The notes under the pieces: generated by a model
What the model was told of the DNA's origin: nothing
Databases searched by the model: none
The model's input: only the letters and a program-made list of their open reading frames with translations
Made by a program: the position numbers and the translations under genes
Part shown: in pieces, positions 27,032-40,448 of the stretch
Position numbering within the stretch: the first letter of the stretch is position 1
Layout: each line of letters starts with the position of its first letter
NCBI GenBank assembly: GCA_002269645.1
Contig: NIVC01000876.1
Location: 62,001-126,000, forward strand
Direction: 5' to 3'
Length of the DNA stretch: 64,000 nt
Origin: Macrostomum lignano
Taxonomy: Eukaryota

Positions 27032-27315
27032 AGCCGCTGGCGGCGCCGCCAGACCCAGCCGGGCCGGCAGCAGCGACTTCCTGGTGACGCAGGACTTCAG
27101 CCTGCTGCGCCAGACCGCCGCTGCGCCCGCTGCCGGGCCTCCGTTAGCGCCGGCAGCCTCAAGACAGACTCCTTCCTCTGGCGCTTCAGCGGCCTCCGCT
27201 GCCGCCACCAACAACCTGGCGCTGCTAACTGAGGAGATCCGCCTGACCAAGGAGGAGAAGTACAAACTGCAGAAACTGCTCAAGACGTTTGAGCACGACT
27301 TTGAGAGCCAGACTG
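27032..27315 (+). CDS. FAM13: FAM13 coding exon 6 (alternative acceptor would start it at 27010)
   Basis: Encodes LALLTEEIRLTKEEKYKLQKLLKTFEHDFESQTG, the FAM13 C-terminal repeat. Donor ACTG|GTGAGT at 27315/27316, phase 1. Confidence 0.8.
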
Positions 27316-27351
27316 GTGAGTGTGCGCCTGCTTTTGGGTGAGAATGACACT

Positions 27352-27406
27352 GAAAGACAGACAGACCGACAGTCAGACATACATACAGACAGACAGACAG
27401 ACAGGC

Positions 27407-27451
<45 letters not shown>

Positions 27452-27482
27452 GGCAGACAGACAGACAGACAGACAGACAGGC

Positions 27483-27527
<45 letters not shown>

Positions 27528-27640
27528 GGCAGACACGAAGACAGACAGACAGACGGACAGACAGACAGGCAGACAGGCAGACAGACAGACAGGCAGGCAG
27601 GCAGACAGACAGACAGACAGACAGGCAGACATGAAGACAG

Positions 27641-27695
<55 letters not shown>

Positions 27696-27810
27696 GGCAG
27701 ACAGACAGACAGACAGACGGACAGACAGACAGGCAGACAGGCAGACAGACAGACAGACAGGCAGACACGAAGACAGACAGACAGACAGACGGACAGACAG
27801 ACAGACAGGC

Positions 27811-27851
<41 letters not shown>

Positions 27852-27878
27852 GGCAGACAGACAGACAGACAGGCAGGC

Positions 27879-27923
<45 letters not shown>

Positions 27924-28272
27924 GGCAGACAGACAGACAGACAGACAGACAGGCAGACAGACAGACAGACAGGCAGGCAGACAGACAGGCAGACAGACAG
28001 ACAGACAGACAGACAGACAGGCAGACAGACAGGCAGACAGACAGACAGGCAGACAGACAGACAGACAGACAGACAGGCAGACAGGCAGACAGACAGACAG
28101 ACAGGCAGGCAGACAGGCAGGCAGACAGACAGGCAGGCAGGCAGACAGACAGGCAGGCAGACAGACAGGCAGACAGGCAGGCAGGCAGACAGACAGGCAG
28201 ACAGACAGACAGACAGACAGACAGACAGGCAGACAGACAGACAGACAGGCAGGCAGACAGACAGGCAGGCAG
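27352..28272. repeat. (CAGA)n/(CAGG)n microsatellite
   Basis: Direct inspection; FAM13 intron 6. Confidence 0.97.
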
Positions 28273-28644
28273 AAACTACGGCGTAGTGGCAGAAAGGAAT
28301 CTGGCACTCAGGCAGCTGCTCACTCTGCCAGTATTTTGAACCCCATGTCCATAGCCTCAAGATTCAGATGCAGGCTTAAATTAGCAGTTATAAGTCTCTG
28401 AATCATATAGCCATCAGACTTAAAAGCGTTTCAATGTCAGCATCGAGGCCCACCAAAGTTCCCCATGTAGTTTAAGAGCTTTAGCTCCGGCTTTCAAATT
28501 GTAAAAATTGTTTGCTATTGACCAGCTGCGGGCGCCTTGCTGCAATTTGTCACCTTATTTGCACTTATGCTTCGGCACTCTTGTCTGGGTCATTCCGTAT
28601 GTCGGAATTCGAATGCAGTTTTTAGCTTGCATGGGATTTGTAAT

Positions 28645-28922
28645 GTGGGATTTCAAGGTCTTGCTGATAGGATTTCTGATGTGCCACTTTTGAGTGTGGG
28701 ATTTCTGATGTGCCAGTTTTGAGTGTGGGATTTCTGTTGTGCCATTTTTGAGTGTGGGATTTCTGATGTGCCAGTTTTGAGTGTGGGATTTCTGATGTGC
28801 CACTTTTGAGTGTGGGATTTCTGTTGTGCCATTTTTGAGTGTGGGATTTCTGATGTGCCATTTTTGAGTGTGGATTTCTGATGTGCCATTTTTGAGTGTG
28901 GGATTTCTGATGTGCCATTTTT
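28645..28922. repeat. 29-bp minisatellite (TTTTGAGTGTGGGATTTCTGATGTGCCAn)
   Basis: Direct inspection. Confidence 0.93.
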
Positions 28923-29549
28923 GGTGCTGATGCTAATGCTATCGTTTCGAATGTGCTGCTGCTGTCAGCGCCTGCTGCTTGGACATTGTAGAAACATAAA
29001 GTAAAATTAAGCCAGAGACCCGTATGATTTATGGCCTGACAGTAATAGAGCTGGCAGAAAAGTTAGGCCAAAGCAGTGCTTTCTTGTGAAGCCCGGCCTT
29101 CCTCGGTAATATTCGGATTTTATATTCTCTGCTAAATCCGCAGTCCATGAGTGCTTTGATAATGACTGCAGGGACATTCCCATGGGGATTTCTGGGCATG
29201 GAGGATTCCGTGGCGGAACTGGATTAAAGGGATGCAGGAATTCAAGCCCCCCCCCTAATGCAGTTCTAGCGAGTAATCTTACCTGTCCGTTCTGCAAACT
29301 TTCATGTTGTGGCTAATTAATAAAGCTATAAGCTCAGCTGAAAATCGCTCTGCTGAGGCACTAGGGGGGTCAGTCAGGTTCTGACAGGCTTAGCTTTTGT
29401 TCCCATTGCAGTTAAATTGCTGCTTAAGTGACATTTTTTGTTATTCAAATATTAGAGGGCTTCATTAAGTGAGAAATTTCATGCTAAAAAATCCACTGGT
29501 CTATTTAGAAACTAGCGCAGGGTTTTCTGTATTCTTTCTATACATATCC

Positions 29550-29747
29550 TCTTTATTTCTCTAGTTTTTTGTTTTCGATACATATCGGCTGTATTTCTCT
29601 AGTTTTATATTTTTCGATACATATCGGCTTTATTTCTCTAGTTTTATATTTTTCGATACATATCGTCTTTATTTCTCTAGTTTTGTGTTTTTCGATACAT
29701 ATCGGCTTTATTTCTCTAGTTTTGTATTTTTCGATACATATCGGCTT
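29550..29747. repeat. 39-bp minisatellite with TTTCGATACATATCG core
   Basis: Core copies at 29574, 29613, 29652, 29691 and 29730. Confidence 0.93.
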
Positions 29748-29795
29748 TTTAGCTCGTGAAACCACTGAAATGACACATGTCTCTCCACTCCGCAG

Positions 29796-29911
29796 GTCAC
29801 AAGATGGCCAAAGTGGACCGCCTGCCAATGCAAGCCGAGTACAATCGATACAAAAATCTGAAGTCCAAATTGAAACGCCTCGAGCAGCAGCTGAGCCAGG
29901 CCACTCTGTAG
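29796..29911 (+). CDS. FAM13: FAM13 terminal coding exon
   Basis: CGCAG|GT CAC in phase 1 gives G-HKMAKVDRLPMQAEYNRYKNLKSKLKRLEQQLSQATL*, matching the FAM13 terminus (EDRxPMxxEYxxYKxxKxKL). TAG at 29909-29911. Confidence 0.88.
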
Positions 29912-30837
29912 ATTAACCCCTCCCTCCCCTGAGAGCCCGTGACCCCTTGTTTCTCTGCATCATTGACTTTCTTAAAGTATTAATTTTTTACCTAGTACTA
30001 TCGGACTCAAATTTCATCCGCCACGTTTTTTTATAAATCGCAATCTGAATTTATATATAGAATAAATATATAAATCGTAGTTCTCCCGTCATATACTACT
30101 TTTTGACTACTAATTTAGTTAATCGCCTCGTAAATGTATTTAAAATTTTTATTCTACTGTAAAAAATGGCAATCAGTTATAATTCACCCTTCCAGCACCG
30201 ATCAACTACTTGCAGTAGTATCAACTCCCGCTTTTTATACGAGTACGAAGCACAGCAGAGTAAAGTAACCGTGGAATTTTTATTTGTATTTCTGTTTCGG
30301 TTTTCTTCTTTCGAATCACGAAATTAACCTGCCGTCTTTCAGTATTGCTGCCCGCACCCGCCTGAATGCAGTTCGCTTCCAGGTAAAAAATAGTTTCGGA
30401 TCGACTGAACAGCCATACAGCAGGTACAAAGTGGGAGAATAAGTTGTCTTGCTGTTATCTTCACCTCCGTCCCCCCTCTGTCCCTCAGCAACTCTTGGCG
30501 CTGCTTTTTTTATTGCTGCTTTTTCTGCTTCGCACCTGGTCAGGCCGGTTGCTATGCAGTCTCTGCCCGTCCCATTGCTTGTCCTCTCGCTGCTGCTGCA
30601 TGTAGCTTTGTTTTGCTTTGTTTCGCTTCAGTCTGTTTCCACTTTTGTTGGTGTGCTTACAGTGTCTTCTCTGCTTTTAGTTCAGTTTGGTTCGGGCTTG
30701 AGTCTCTGTGCTCGGCTCTGCGTCTCGGAACTCTCTTCTGCTTTTGCTGCTGCTGCGGCGAACTCCTGCTTGACGACTGCTATGGGGTGCGGCCTGCTGT
30801 TGAATGTCAAGCTGGATGCCTCCTATCTCTGCTGCGC

Positions 30838-31240
30838 CCCCTCTCCCTCTTCTCCCTTCTCCCTCTCTCCCTCTCTCCCTCCCTTCTCTCTCCCCTCTCC
30901 TCTCCCCTCTCCCTCTCCTCTCCCCTCTCCTCTCTCCTCTCTCCCTTCTCCTCTCCTCTCTCCCCTCTCCCTCTCCCCTCTCCTCTCTCCCCTCTCCTCT
31001 CTCCCCTCTCCTCTCTCCCCTCTCTCCTCTCTCCCCTCTCCTCTCTCCCCTCTCTCCTCTCCTCTCCCCTCTCCCCTCTCCCCTCTCCTCTCTCCCCTCT
31101 CCTCTCTCCCCTCTCCTCTCTCCCCTCTCCTCTCTCCCCTCTCCTCTCTCCTCTCTCCCCTCTCTCTTCTCCTCTCCCCCTCTCCTCTCCCCTCTCCTCT
31201 CTCCCCTCTCCCCTCTCCCCCTCTCCCCTCTCTTCTCCCC
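30838..31240. repeat. CT-rich simple repeat (CTCTCC)n
   Basis: Direct inspection. Confidence 0.93.
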
Positions 31241-31801
31241 TACTTTCTCCCTGCAAAATTTAAACGGGCCTCACCTCTAAGCAGACAGACTAACGGAGTT
31301 TTTGGCCTCTTTCACTTGGATTTTTTTAATCTGCCTCCGACACCGTCGCTGATGCTGGCAGCGACCTGCTCTCATGTTCATAAAGCTTGAGCCTGGCCTC
31401 TGATTTGCTTTTATTAACAACATAACCTGATGAGCTCTAATTGCCTACTTTTCCCTTCATGAAGTCACGGATCCTCTTTGTCGTAAATTAAAGTTGTTAA
31501 AAATGTTCAAAATTGATGCACTGAGAACTGATTGATTGATTGACACTTTCTTGTATGTAAATTCTGGTAGACTTTTAGATTCAACCGCTTCGATTATAAT
31601 ATGATGCATGTTATTATTATATGTACAAGCCGCCGCTAAATAAATATGAATTGCTTTTGCAAACTGAATGGTTTTCTTAGTGTTCAAAGCCATCATATTT
31701 GTTTATGCAATAATTTAGCTTTCACACAGTGCAACTCGGTGTGCTCACGGCTGTTTAGTGAGTTTTTTATGTTCACATGATAACTGCTGGTTATCCCATC
31801 T

Positions 31802-33292
31802 AGCCCACCCTTGTACACACCCACTCTACCCACAGCCCACCCTTGTACACACCCACTCTGTCCCACAGCCCTCCATTGTACACACCCACTCTGTCCACAG
31901 CCCACCCTTGTACACACCCACTCTGTCCCACAGCCCTCCATTGTACACACACACTTTATCCCACAGCCCACCCTTGTACACACCCACTCTGTCCCACAGC
32001 CCACCCTTGTACACACCCACTCTGTCCCACAGCCCTCCATTGTACACACCCACTCTGTCCCACAGCCCACCCTTGTACACACCCACTCTGTCCCACAGCC
32101 CTCCATTGTACACACACACTTTATCCCACAGCCCACCCTTGTACACACCCACTCTGTCCCACAGCCCACCCTTGTACACACCCACTCTGCCCACAGCCCA
32201 CCCTTGTACACACCCACTCTGTCCCACAGCCCACCCTTGTACACACCCACTCTGTCCCACAGCCCACCATTGTACACACACACTCTGCCCACAGCCCACC
32301 CTTGTACACACCCACTCTGTCCCACAGCCCACCATTGTACACACCCACTCTGTCCACAGCCCACCATTGTACACACCCACTCTGTCCACAGCCCACCATT
32401 GTACACACCCACTCTGTCCACAGCCCACCATTGTACACACCCACTCTGTCCCACAGCCCACCATTGTACACACCCACTCTGTCCACAGCCCTCCATTGTA
32501 CACACCCACTCTGTCCCACAGCCCTCCATTGTACACACCCACTCTGTCCACAGCCCTCCATTGTACACACCCACTCTGTCCCACAGCCCTCCATTGTACA
32601 CACCCACTCTGTCCCACAGCCCACCCTTGTACACACCCACTCTGTCCCACAGCCCTCCATTGTACACACCCACTCTGTCCACAGCCCACCCTTGTACACA
32701 CCCACTCTGTCCACAGCCCTCCATTGTACACACCCACTCTGTCCCACAGCCCACCCTTGTACACACCCACTCTGTCCCACAGCCCTCCATTGTACACACA
32801 CACTTTATCCCACAGCCCACCCTTGTACACACCCACTCTGTCCCACAGCCCACCCTTGTACACACCCACTCTGCCCACAGCCCACCATTGTACACACCCA
32901 CTCTGCCCACAGCCCACCCTTGTACACACCCACTCTGTCCACAGCCCTCCATTGTACACACCCACTCTGTCCCACAGCCCTCCATTGTACACACCCACTC
33001 TGTCCCACAGCCCACCCTTGTACACACCCACTCTGTCCACAGCCCTCCATTGTACACACCCACTCTGTCCACAGCCCTCCATTGTACACACCCACTCTGT
33101 CCCACAGCCCTCCATTGTACACACCCACTCTGTCCCACAGCCCTCCATTGTACACACCCACTCTGTCCCACAGCCCACCCTTGTACACACCCACTCTGTC
33201 CCACAGCCCACCCTTGTACACACCCACTCTGTCCCACAGCCCACCCTTGTACACACCCACTCTGTCCCACAGCCCTCCATTGTACACACCCC
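31802..33292. repeat. 32/33-bp minisatellite (CCCACAGCCCACCCTTGTACACACCCACTCTGT)n
   Basis: Direct inspection; stop-poor on both strands, which explains the many long spurious ORFs. Confidence 0.97.
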
Positions 33293-34599
33293 TTAGCCCA
33301 CTCTTATCACATCCCTCAGCCCACTCGTGACACATGTCTCAACCCACTCTTGGACACATCCCACAGCCTACTTGTCACATCCCTCAGCCCACCCTTAGAG
33401 CGATCCAAATTAACTGGCAACTTTCCCCAACTTTCCTGATTCCGAGTTCTGGCTGTTTAATCAAACTGCGCGCTCTGTGCTTTTAATTTAAAATTGGATT
33501 GCACAGACTTGAGACTTTGGCGGAAACTGAGCAGCTTGGGCTCTTGAGTAGCTGGGTCTCTGCTGTATAATTTATTCCAGCTAATTTCGGGTCTGCAGTG
33601 TGTGCTGTTTAATCAGCTCCTTCCTACCTGACATACCGGCTTACTCTGGCTCGCATTAGCACTACACTTGCGCAGTTAATCAGCTTTATTTTCAAGTTCC
33701 TCCCCGCTAGCTGTCTCTTGATGTAGCGGATAAAGGCGGAAGATAAGATGGATGAGGGAAGGAGAGGCTTTCCTGGCCGCTGGGGTATTTCATGCCGGCC
33801 TATAATTGGAGCGGCCGAAGGTCTGCATTATAAGAGGCTGCTGCTGCTGCTATATGAGACCTTGAGCAGGAAACTGGAGCGCAAACTCTCTCTTTAAAGC
33901 CTCACAAACTCGCGAGTCTGTCGCTCCTGTATTGTAGCTCGCAAGCTCGAACTTGAAGGTTGTCGAAATCGAGAATTTCGAGCTTCGAGGCGCAAGATTA
34001 GTTAACAATAACACTTCGGATTCTTGTTGAAGTTACTCGGCTGCTCGCATAATCTGCACACATTGCGAAGGTCAGACAGTATGCAAGCACTGAAAGGCAC
34101 TGCAGTTCACTCTGCTGCAAGTGTCGTTGATAATATGGATGGATTTAATGGGATTATGGAGGACGCTAAAAAAATTGTCCCAAAAGCCCCCTCGTGCATT
34201 CTACTTTCTCGGCATTTAATTATGCATCCGATTGAAGCTGGCGTTCTTGCGGCGGTCTTTGGGCATCCGAAAGTAAAAGCAGCTGAGCCCCCCAATTCCC
34301 GTGAGTCGCAGACTCAGCATCATCAGATTTGCTCGGGAAATTGAAAAAATTCTCCAAACTTTCAGCGGCGGTGCAGCGGATCGGACCGATGAAGGGGGTT
34401 GAGCTGCCCCTGCTGAGATTTTAGATAAAAAATGAATATTTCCGAACAGAGACGACAGGATGGGCTATGGGGAGTAAAATTAATTTCTTAGCAGAATTGT
34501 CACGTGACAGTCTCGAATTGAGAGGTTGAGTGAATGAAGCTCAGGATATGCAGGTGAATGGCATATAGGAAAGGCCTCGAAACAGACAGTTAAAAGACA

Positions 34600-35105
34600 T
34601 CGGAAAAACTAGTGAAAGACCTCGAAGGAACAGGTAAAGACATCGCAGGGACAGGTGAAAGACATCAAAGGGACAGGTGGAAGACATCGAAGGACAGGTG
34701 AAAGACATCGCAGGGACAGGTGAAAGACATCAAAGTGACAGGTGAAAGACATCAAAGTGACAGGTGAAAGACATCAAAGGACATGTATAAAAGGCATCAA
34801 AGGACAGGTGAAAGACATCAAAGGGACAGGTAAAAGGCATCAAAGGAACGGGTGAAAGGTATTAAAGGTACAGGTAAAAGACTTCGAAGGGACAGGTAAA
34901 AGACATCAAAGTGACAGGTGAAAGGCATCAAAGTGACAGGTGAAAGACATCAATCAAAGGGACAGGTGAAAGACATCAATCAAAGGGACAGGTGAAACAT
35001 CAAAGGGACAGGTGAAAGACATCAAAGGGACAGGTGAAACATCAAAGGGACAGGTGAAAGACATCAAAAAGACAGGTGAAAGGCATGGGAAAAGACAGGT
35101 GAAAG
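34600..35105. repeat. Degenerate ~22-bp minisatellite (GACAGGTGAAAGACATCAAAGG)n
   Basis: Direct inspection. Confidence 0.9.
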
Positions 35106-35577
35106 CATGGAGAAACTGAAGGCAGGTGACGGACAGTAAAACTGGGTTAAATATACAAGAAAAAGACGAAACCAGATAGCCTGGCCAACTTCAATAGTTG
35201 GCTTAAAACAAAATTGAAATGACAGCACTGACAAGACGAAAGACAGGAGACTGGAGAGAATCGCTGCCCCCAGTGCTATGAAAATCAGGAAACGGACTCT
35301 GCTCAGGTTTTCTGTCTTGATCGGGGATCTGCACCCGCTTCTCAAGACTCTCCGTGACCGTTCAAGTAGCAGTTGAGAAGACTGATCATCTCTCTGGACT
35401 GAGCAGTATCTTTTGCGTGATTCGGACGTGAGGGATTGCGCTCACCATGCCATGCATCATGCATTCTGGCTGCCAGGCAGTAAATTAATTTTTTATATCC
35501 CATCGAGACAAGAAGTGATATTTTGGGAGTTCTTTGCTAGTATTTTTTATCTGACTCGTAAGGCCTCCGTAACTCTC

Positions 35578-36025
35578 ACTCTGTATCAGTTTCTGTCACT
35601 CTAAATCAGTCTCAGTCACTCTGTATCAATCTCTGTCACTCTGTATCAGTCTCTGTCACTCTGTATCAGTCTCTGTCACTCTGTATCAATCTCTGTCACT
35701 CTGTATCAATCTCTGTCACTCTGTATCAGTCTCTGTCACTCTGTATCAGTCTCTGTCACTCTGTATCAGTCTCTGTCACTCTTTACCAGTCTCTGTCACT
35801 CTGTATCAGTCTCTGTCACTCTGTATCAGTCTCTGTCACTCTGTATCAATCTCAGTCACTCTGTATCAGTCTCTGTCACTCTGTATCAGTCTCTGTCACT
35901 CTGTATCAGTCTCTGTCACTCTGTATCAGTCTCTGTCACTCTGTATCAGTCTCTGTCACTCTGTATCAGTCTCTGTCACTCTAAATCAGTCTCTCACTCT
36001 GTATCGATCTCTGTCACTCTGTCTC
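35578..36025. repeat. 20-bp minisatellite (TCTGTATCAGTCTCTGTCAC)n
   Basis: Direct inspection. Confidence 0.95.
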
Positions 36026-36719
36026 AAGGCAACAGTGACAAATTTTAATTTAAATCAAGCGATAAGAGACAATTGACGTCAATTATAGGTCAATTAAAAT
36101 CACAATATATTTTTGCAATAACTTTTATGCGGTGGGAGCAGCAACAATATGGTAATTAATTTTGTTAAAACAATTTTCGAGAGCTATATGGCAGATTTGA
36201 CAGTTCAGACATAACAGTTACAACAATTTACGTCGCAAAAATCGCTCATTGGCTCGTATTGTTATTGATCAAACGGTTGAATTTTATGTTTTTTCGACTG
36301 TGACAGAGATTCGCAGCGGAGCCAGGACAAAAATAATATTTTTGGAGGCAATAATTCCTATTTATGATTGCTTAAATATAACATTTGTTAACACATGCAA
36401 TTCAGAATTTATGCAATGGTGTATTGTCACTGGCCGACATGCGCAGTTTATGGTTGAAATCCCTATTTACACCTACCAGTACATGTAATATAGCTTTTTG
36501 CAGCCCATTTGGGCTTACGCGCATTGATTTAAATCCAAGATACGTTTGCCAATGCAATGGATAAATAGCGGCGCGAGCCATAGACAAATCGTTGTCACGT
36601 GCTGCGACCGCTGATTCTTTGCATTGTTTTTCTGTTTGACGATCCTAAAAACAATGCATTGTTTGTAGTAATGTATTGTTCTGCATAAAAAATGCGAATA
36701 ATGACCGTCAAATTGCTAA

Positions 36720-36833
36720 GCAACGCAGCTTTTGTCTATGGTAGCAAGGTTGGCACAGCGTCGATGCAAGCGATCGATCCAAGCGTGGATGCCGCTGTGC
36801 CAGCCTTGCTACCATAGACAAAAGCTGCGTTGC
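36720..36833. other. 41-bp inverted repeat (long hairpin, 32-nt loop)
   Basis: Arms 36720-36760 and 36793-36833 are reverse complements with one mismatch, which is a G-U pair on the + strand transcript. Confidence 0.9.
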
Positions 36834-37234
36834 ATTGGCAATCGAATCTTGGATTAAAATCAATGCTTTCAAGCCCCAAACGGGCTGCAGAAAGCTATAG
36901 TACACCTATCACGGAAATTCCCAGGTGTCTAGAAGTCAATACTTTCTTTAACCATATCAAGATGAACCTTTAGATAACATCCTAACCCAAACCCTGTTTG
37001 AGTTCGGGCGCTCAGGAGTGAGCGGCCTGCTTGCCTTCTCCCTTGTTGTAGGTCTGCCAGCGCCTTGATTTGCGGCAGTGCCAATGCTTAGAGCCCCCTT
37101 GCTGCCCTGACAAACACTAGCTAACAAGGCTCAGGGCTGAGCGAATGTCAACTCGGTGCTCCAAGACAACATAACTGAACCCGCAACCTCCAGTCTGAAT
37201 CACTCGAGATGCGGTTTTTCATGCGGTTCCACCG

Positions 37235-37857
37235 CTACTCGATCTCCCTCTCCGTCACGTGACTCACCTGGACTTGGACTGCGCAGCGCTGATTGACGCG
37301 AGTCGACTGCAAATTCGCGGCGCTGTGATTCGTGCCAATCAGCGTGTTGTTGTTGTTGGTCCTCGGCCGCCGGCCCAGGGCGGTCAGCAGCGCCGCCAGC
37401 TTCGCCGCCAGCTCTCGACGGAACTTCTTGCCGCACAGGCAGTAGAGGAAGAAGTTGGAGGCGTGGTTGGTGTACATCAGCAGCTCCGTGCACGCCTGCA
37501 CCAGCAGGTAGCGGCTGTGGAACAGCGGGTCCGTGTAGTCCACCGTGACGAAATTGCCCAGCGAAGTGGCCACCTTCAACGCCGTGATGGGCAGAGCGGT
37601 GGTCAGGAACAGGCCCGACACAGACAGCAGGGTCACCGTCACCTGGCGGAAGTTCCGGTTGAAGCCCGCCTGGCTGCTGGGCGGCGGGCCGGCGGCTGTG
37701 CGGGATCTCGACTTGTCCGCGGTGCTGCGCCCTCCGCCGCCGCCGCCGCCGCCGCGCGAAGTCCCCGCAGCTCCATGGCCGCTGAGCCACCCTGCACGGC
37801 GGGTCCTGGGTAGCGGGCCGAAGTCTTCAGGACGTAGATTATGCGGCAGTTGCATAT
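37235..37857 (-). CDS. Peptide GPCR exon 2 (TM5 end, ICL3, TM6, TM7, tail) with a 1-nt frameshift in ICL3
   Basis: Acceptor CCAG|ATA TGC AAC continues TM5 as ICNCRIIYVLK. TM6 (RQVTVTLLSVSGLFLTTALP) and TM7 (LMYTNHASNFFLYCLCGKKFRREL) are in a different frame. TAG at 37235-37237. Confidence 0.85.
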
Positions 37858-37997
37858 CTGGCCAAGGGGGAGAGTGAGATTATGGAGTATGTACAATGAT
37901 TTTACGGGGTAGAATGTTCATTTAGGTTAGGGAGATTGTAAGTTGTGTCGTAGGGGGAGTGAAAATTTGGCTTAGTGAGAAATACATACATATAGAT

Positions 37998-38527
37998 GCC
38001 TCAAATACAGCCACCTCACTCCCTGTCCCAAACACACCCACCTCACTCCCTGTCCCAAACACACCCTTACTCACTCCCTGTTCTAAATATACCCACCTCA
38101 CTCCCTGTCCCAAATATACCCACCTCACTCCCTGTCCCAAACACACCCACCTCACTTCCTGTCCCAAATATACCCACCTCACTCCCTGTCCCAAACACAC
38201 CCACCTCACTCCCTGTCCCAAACACATCCACCTCACTCCCTTGCCCCAAGCACAACCACCTTCCACCCTGCCCCAAACACACCCACCTCCCTCCCTGCCC
38301 CAAACACACCCACCTCACCCCCTGCCTCAATCACACCCACCTCACCCCCTGTCCCAAACACACCCACCTCACTCCCTGTCCCAAACACATCCACCTCACT
38401 CCCTTGTCCCAAACACATCCACCTCACTCCCTGTCCCAAACACACCCACCTCACTCCCTGTCCCAAACACACCCACCTCACTCCCTGTCCCAAACACACC
38501 CACCTCACTCCCTGTCCCAAACACACC
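37998..38527. repeat. 27-bp minisatellite (CACACCCACCTCACTCCCTGTCCCAAA)n filling the GPCR intron
   Basis: Direct inspection. Confidence 0.93.
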
Positions 38528-38619
38528 CTCTTCCCTTCCTTCACCGACGAATGACTTATGACCTATGACCAATCTATGACCGAAACAAAAAGTCAACAAG
38601 CCAATCGAGGCCAGCTCAC

Positions 38620-39243
38620 CAAGATGATGCAGAAGGGCGCAAAGCAGTACAGAGTGGAGTCAATCCAAGCCAGTTCCTCCCTCAGGTAGACGAAATTCTC
38701 TCGCAGCTCGCAGATGAGCATGGTCTCATTGGTGCCCGGCCAGGTGTGGTCGTACAGGTCGAGGGTGAACAGCCAGTGCGCGTTGATCAGCAGGCAGGCG
38801 GTGACCAGTGCAGCCACGGTGATGCGGGCTTTGCGCACAGAGTCGCTGGCGGGTCGCACAGTCTTCTGCTGCACCATGCCGGCCCGCTCGACTGTCACGG
38901 CCACAATGAGCAGCACGCTCAGGTAAGTTGACGCCGTGGACACCAAGTGGCCGCTCACGCAGAGCCAGGCGCTGTGCAGGCTGAGGTTCAGGCCGGTGAG
39001 GTGGGTCAGCCAGCTGCGGAGCAGGCCGGACAGCAGCGCCACCTGGTCAGCGATGCCGAGCACAAGCAGGTAGGCGAAGGTGCTGGACCGCTTGCTGCCC
39101 TGCCACAGCACCCAGGTGGCCAGCACGTTGCCAACCGTCCCTACGGTGAGCACAGCCGGGCTCACGCCCCATAGCAACCACTTGTAGGCTCGAAACTCGG
39201 AGTAGTTTGAGTAAAGTCCCTGCTCATACGGCAGCAGCGACAT
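38620..39243 (-). CDS. Rhodopsin-class (class A) peptide GPCR, FMRFamide-receptor-like, exon 1 (TM1-TM5)
   Basis: GTVGNVLA (TM1), LLVLGIADQVAL (TM2), C in ECL1/TM3, VAVTVERAGMV (DRY position), INAHWLF (TM4), C in ECL2, WIDSTLYCFAPFCIIL (TM5). In-frame stop upstream of the ATG; donor TTG|GTGAGC, phase 0. Confidence 0.9.
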
Positions 39244-39446
39244 TTCGCCAGTATTTTCGTCCGTGCGAAGAGTTCTCCTTGATAATCTGGCCGACTTTGC
39301 CGCTCCCTAATCGCTCTCGGAGCCCCAGTTCACCCCTGTCTGTCCGACTTATCCATCAGAGACTCTCGGGAAATCATTGGTTGCCCTCTCCCCAGCCAAT
39401 GACAGCGGAATGCAGCCATGTCGTGCATAGCCACATTGCTACCAGA

Positions 39447-40448
<1,002 letters not shown>

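Noticed and set aside
30449-30835. Hydrophobic + strand ORF, or minus-strand peptide AAEIGGIQLDIQQQAAPH...TKLN*
   Set aside because: No recognisable domain and no usable splice sites next to the CT repeat; may be FAM13 3'UTR or intergenic DNA.
31693-33439. Several 480-540-aa ORFs (SHSPPLYTPTL repeats, extensin-like)
   Set aside because: They are translations of a 32/33-bp minisatellite open in multiple frames on both strands, with frame-switching indels and no splice or codon support.
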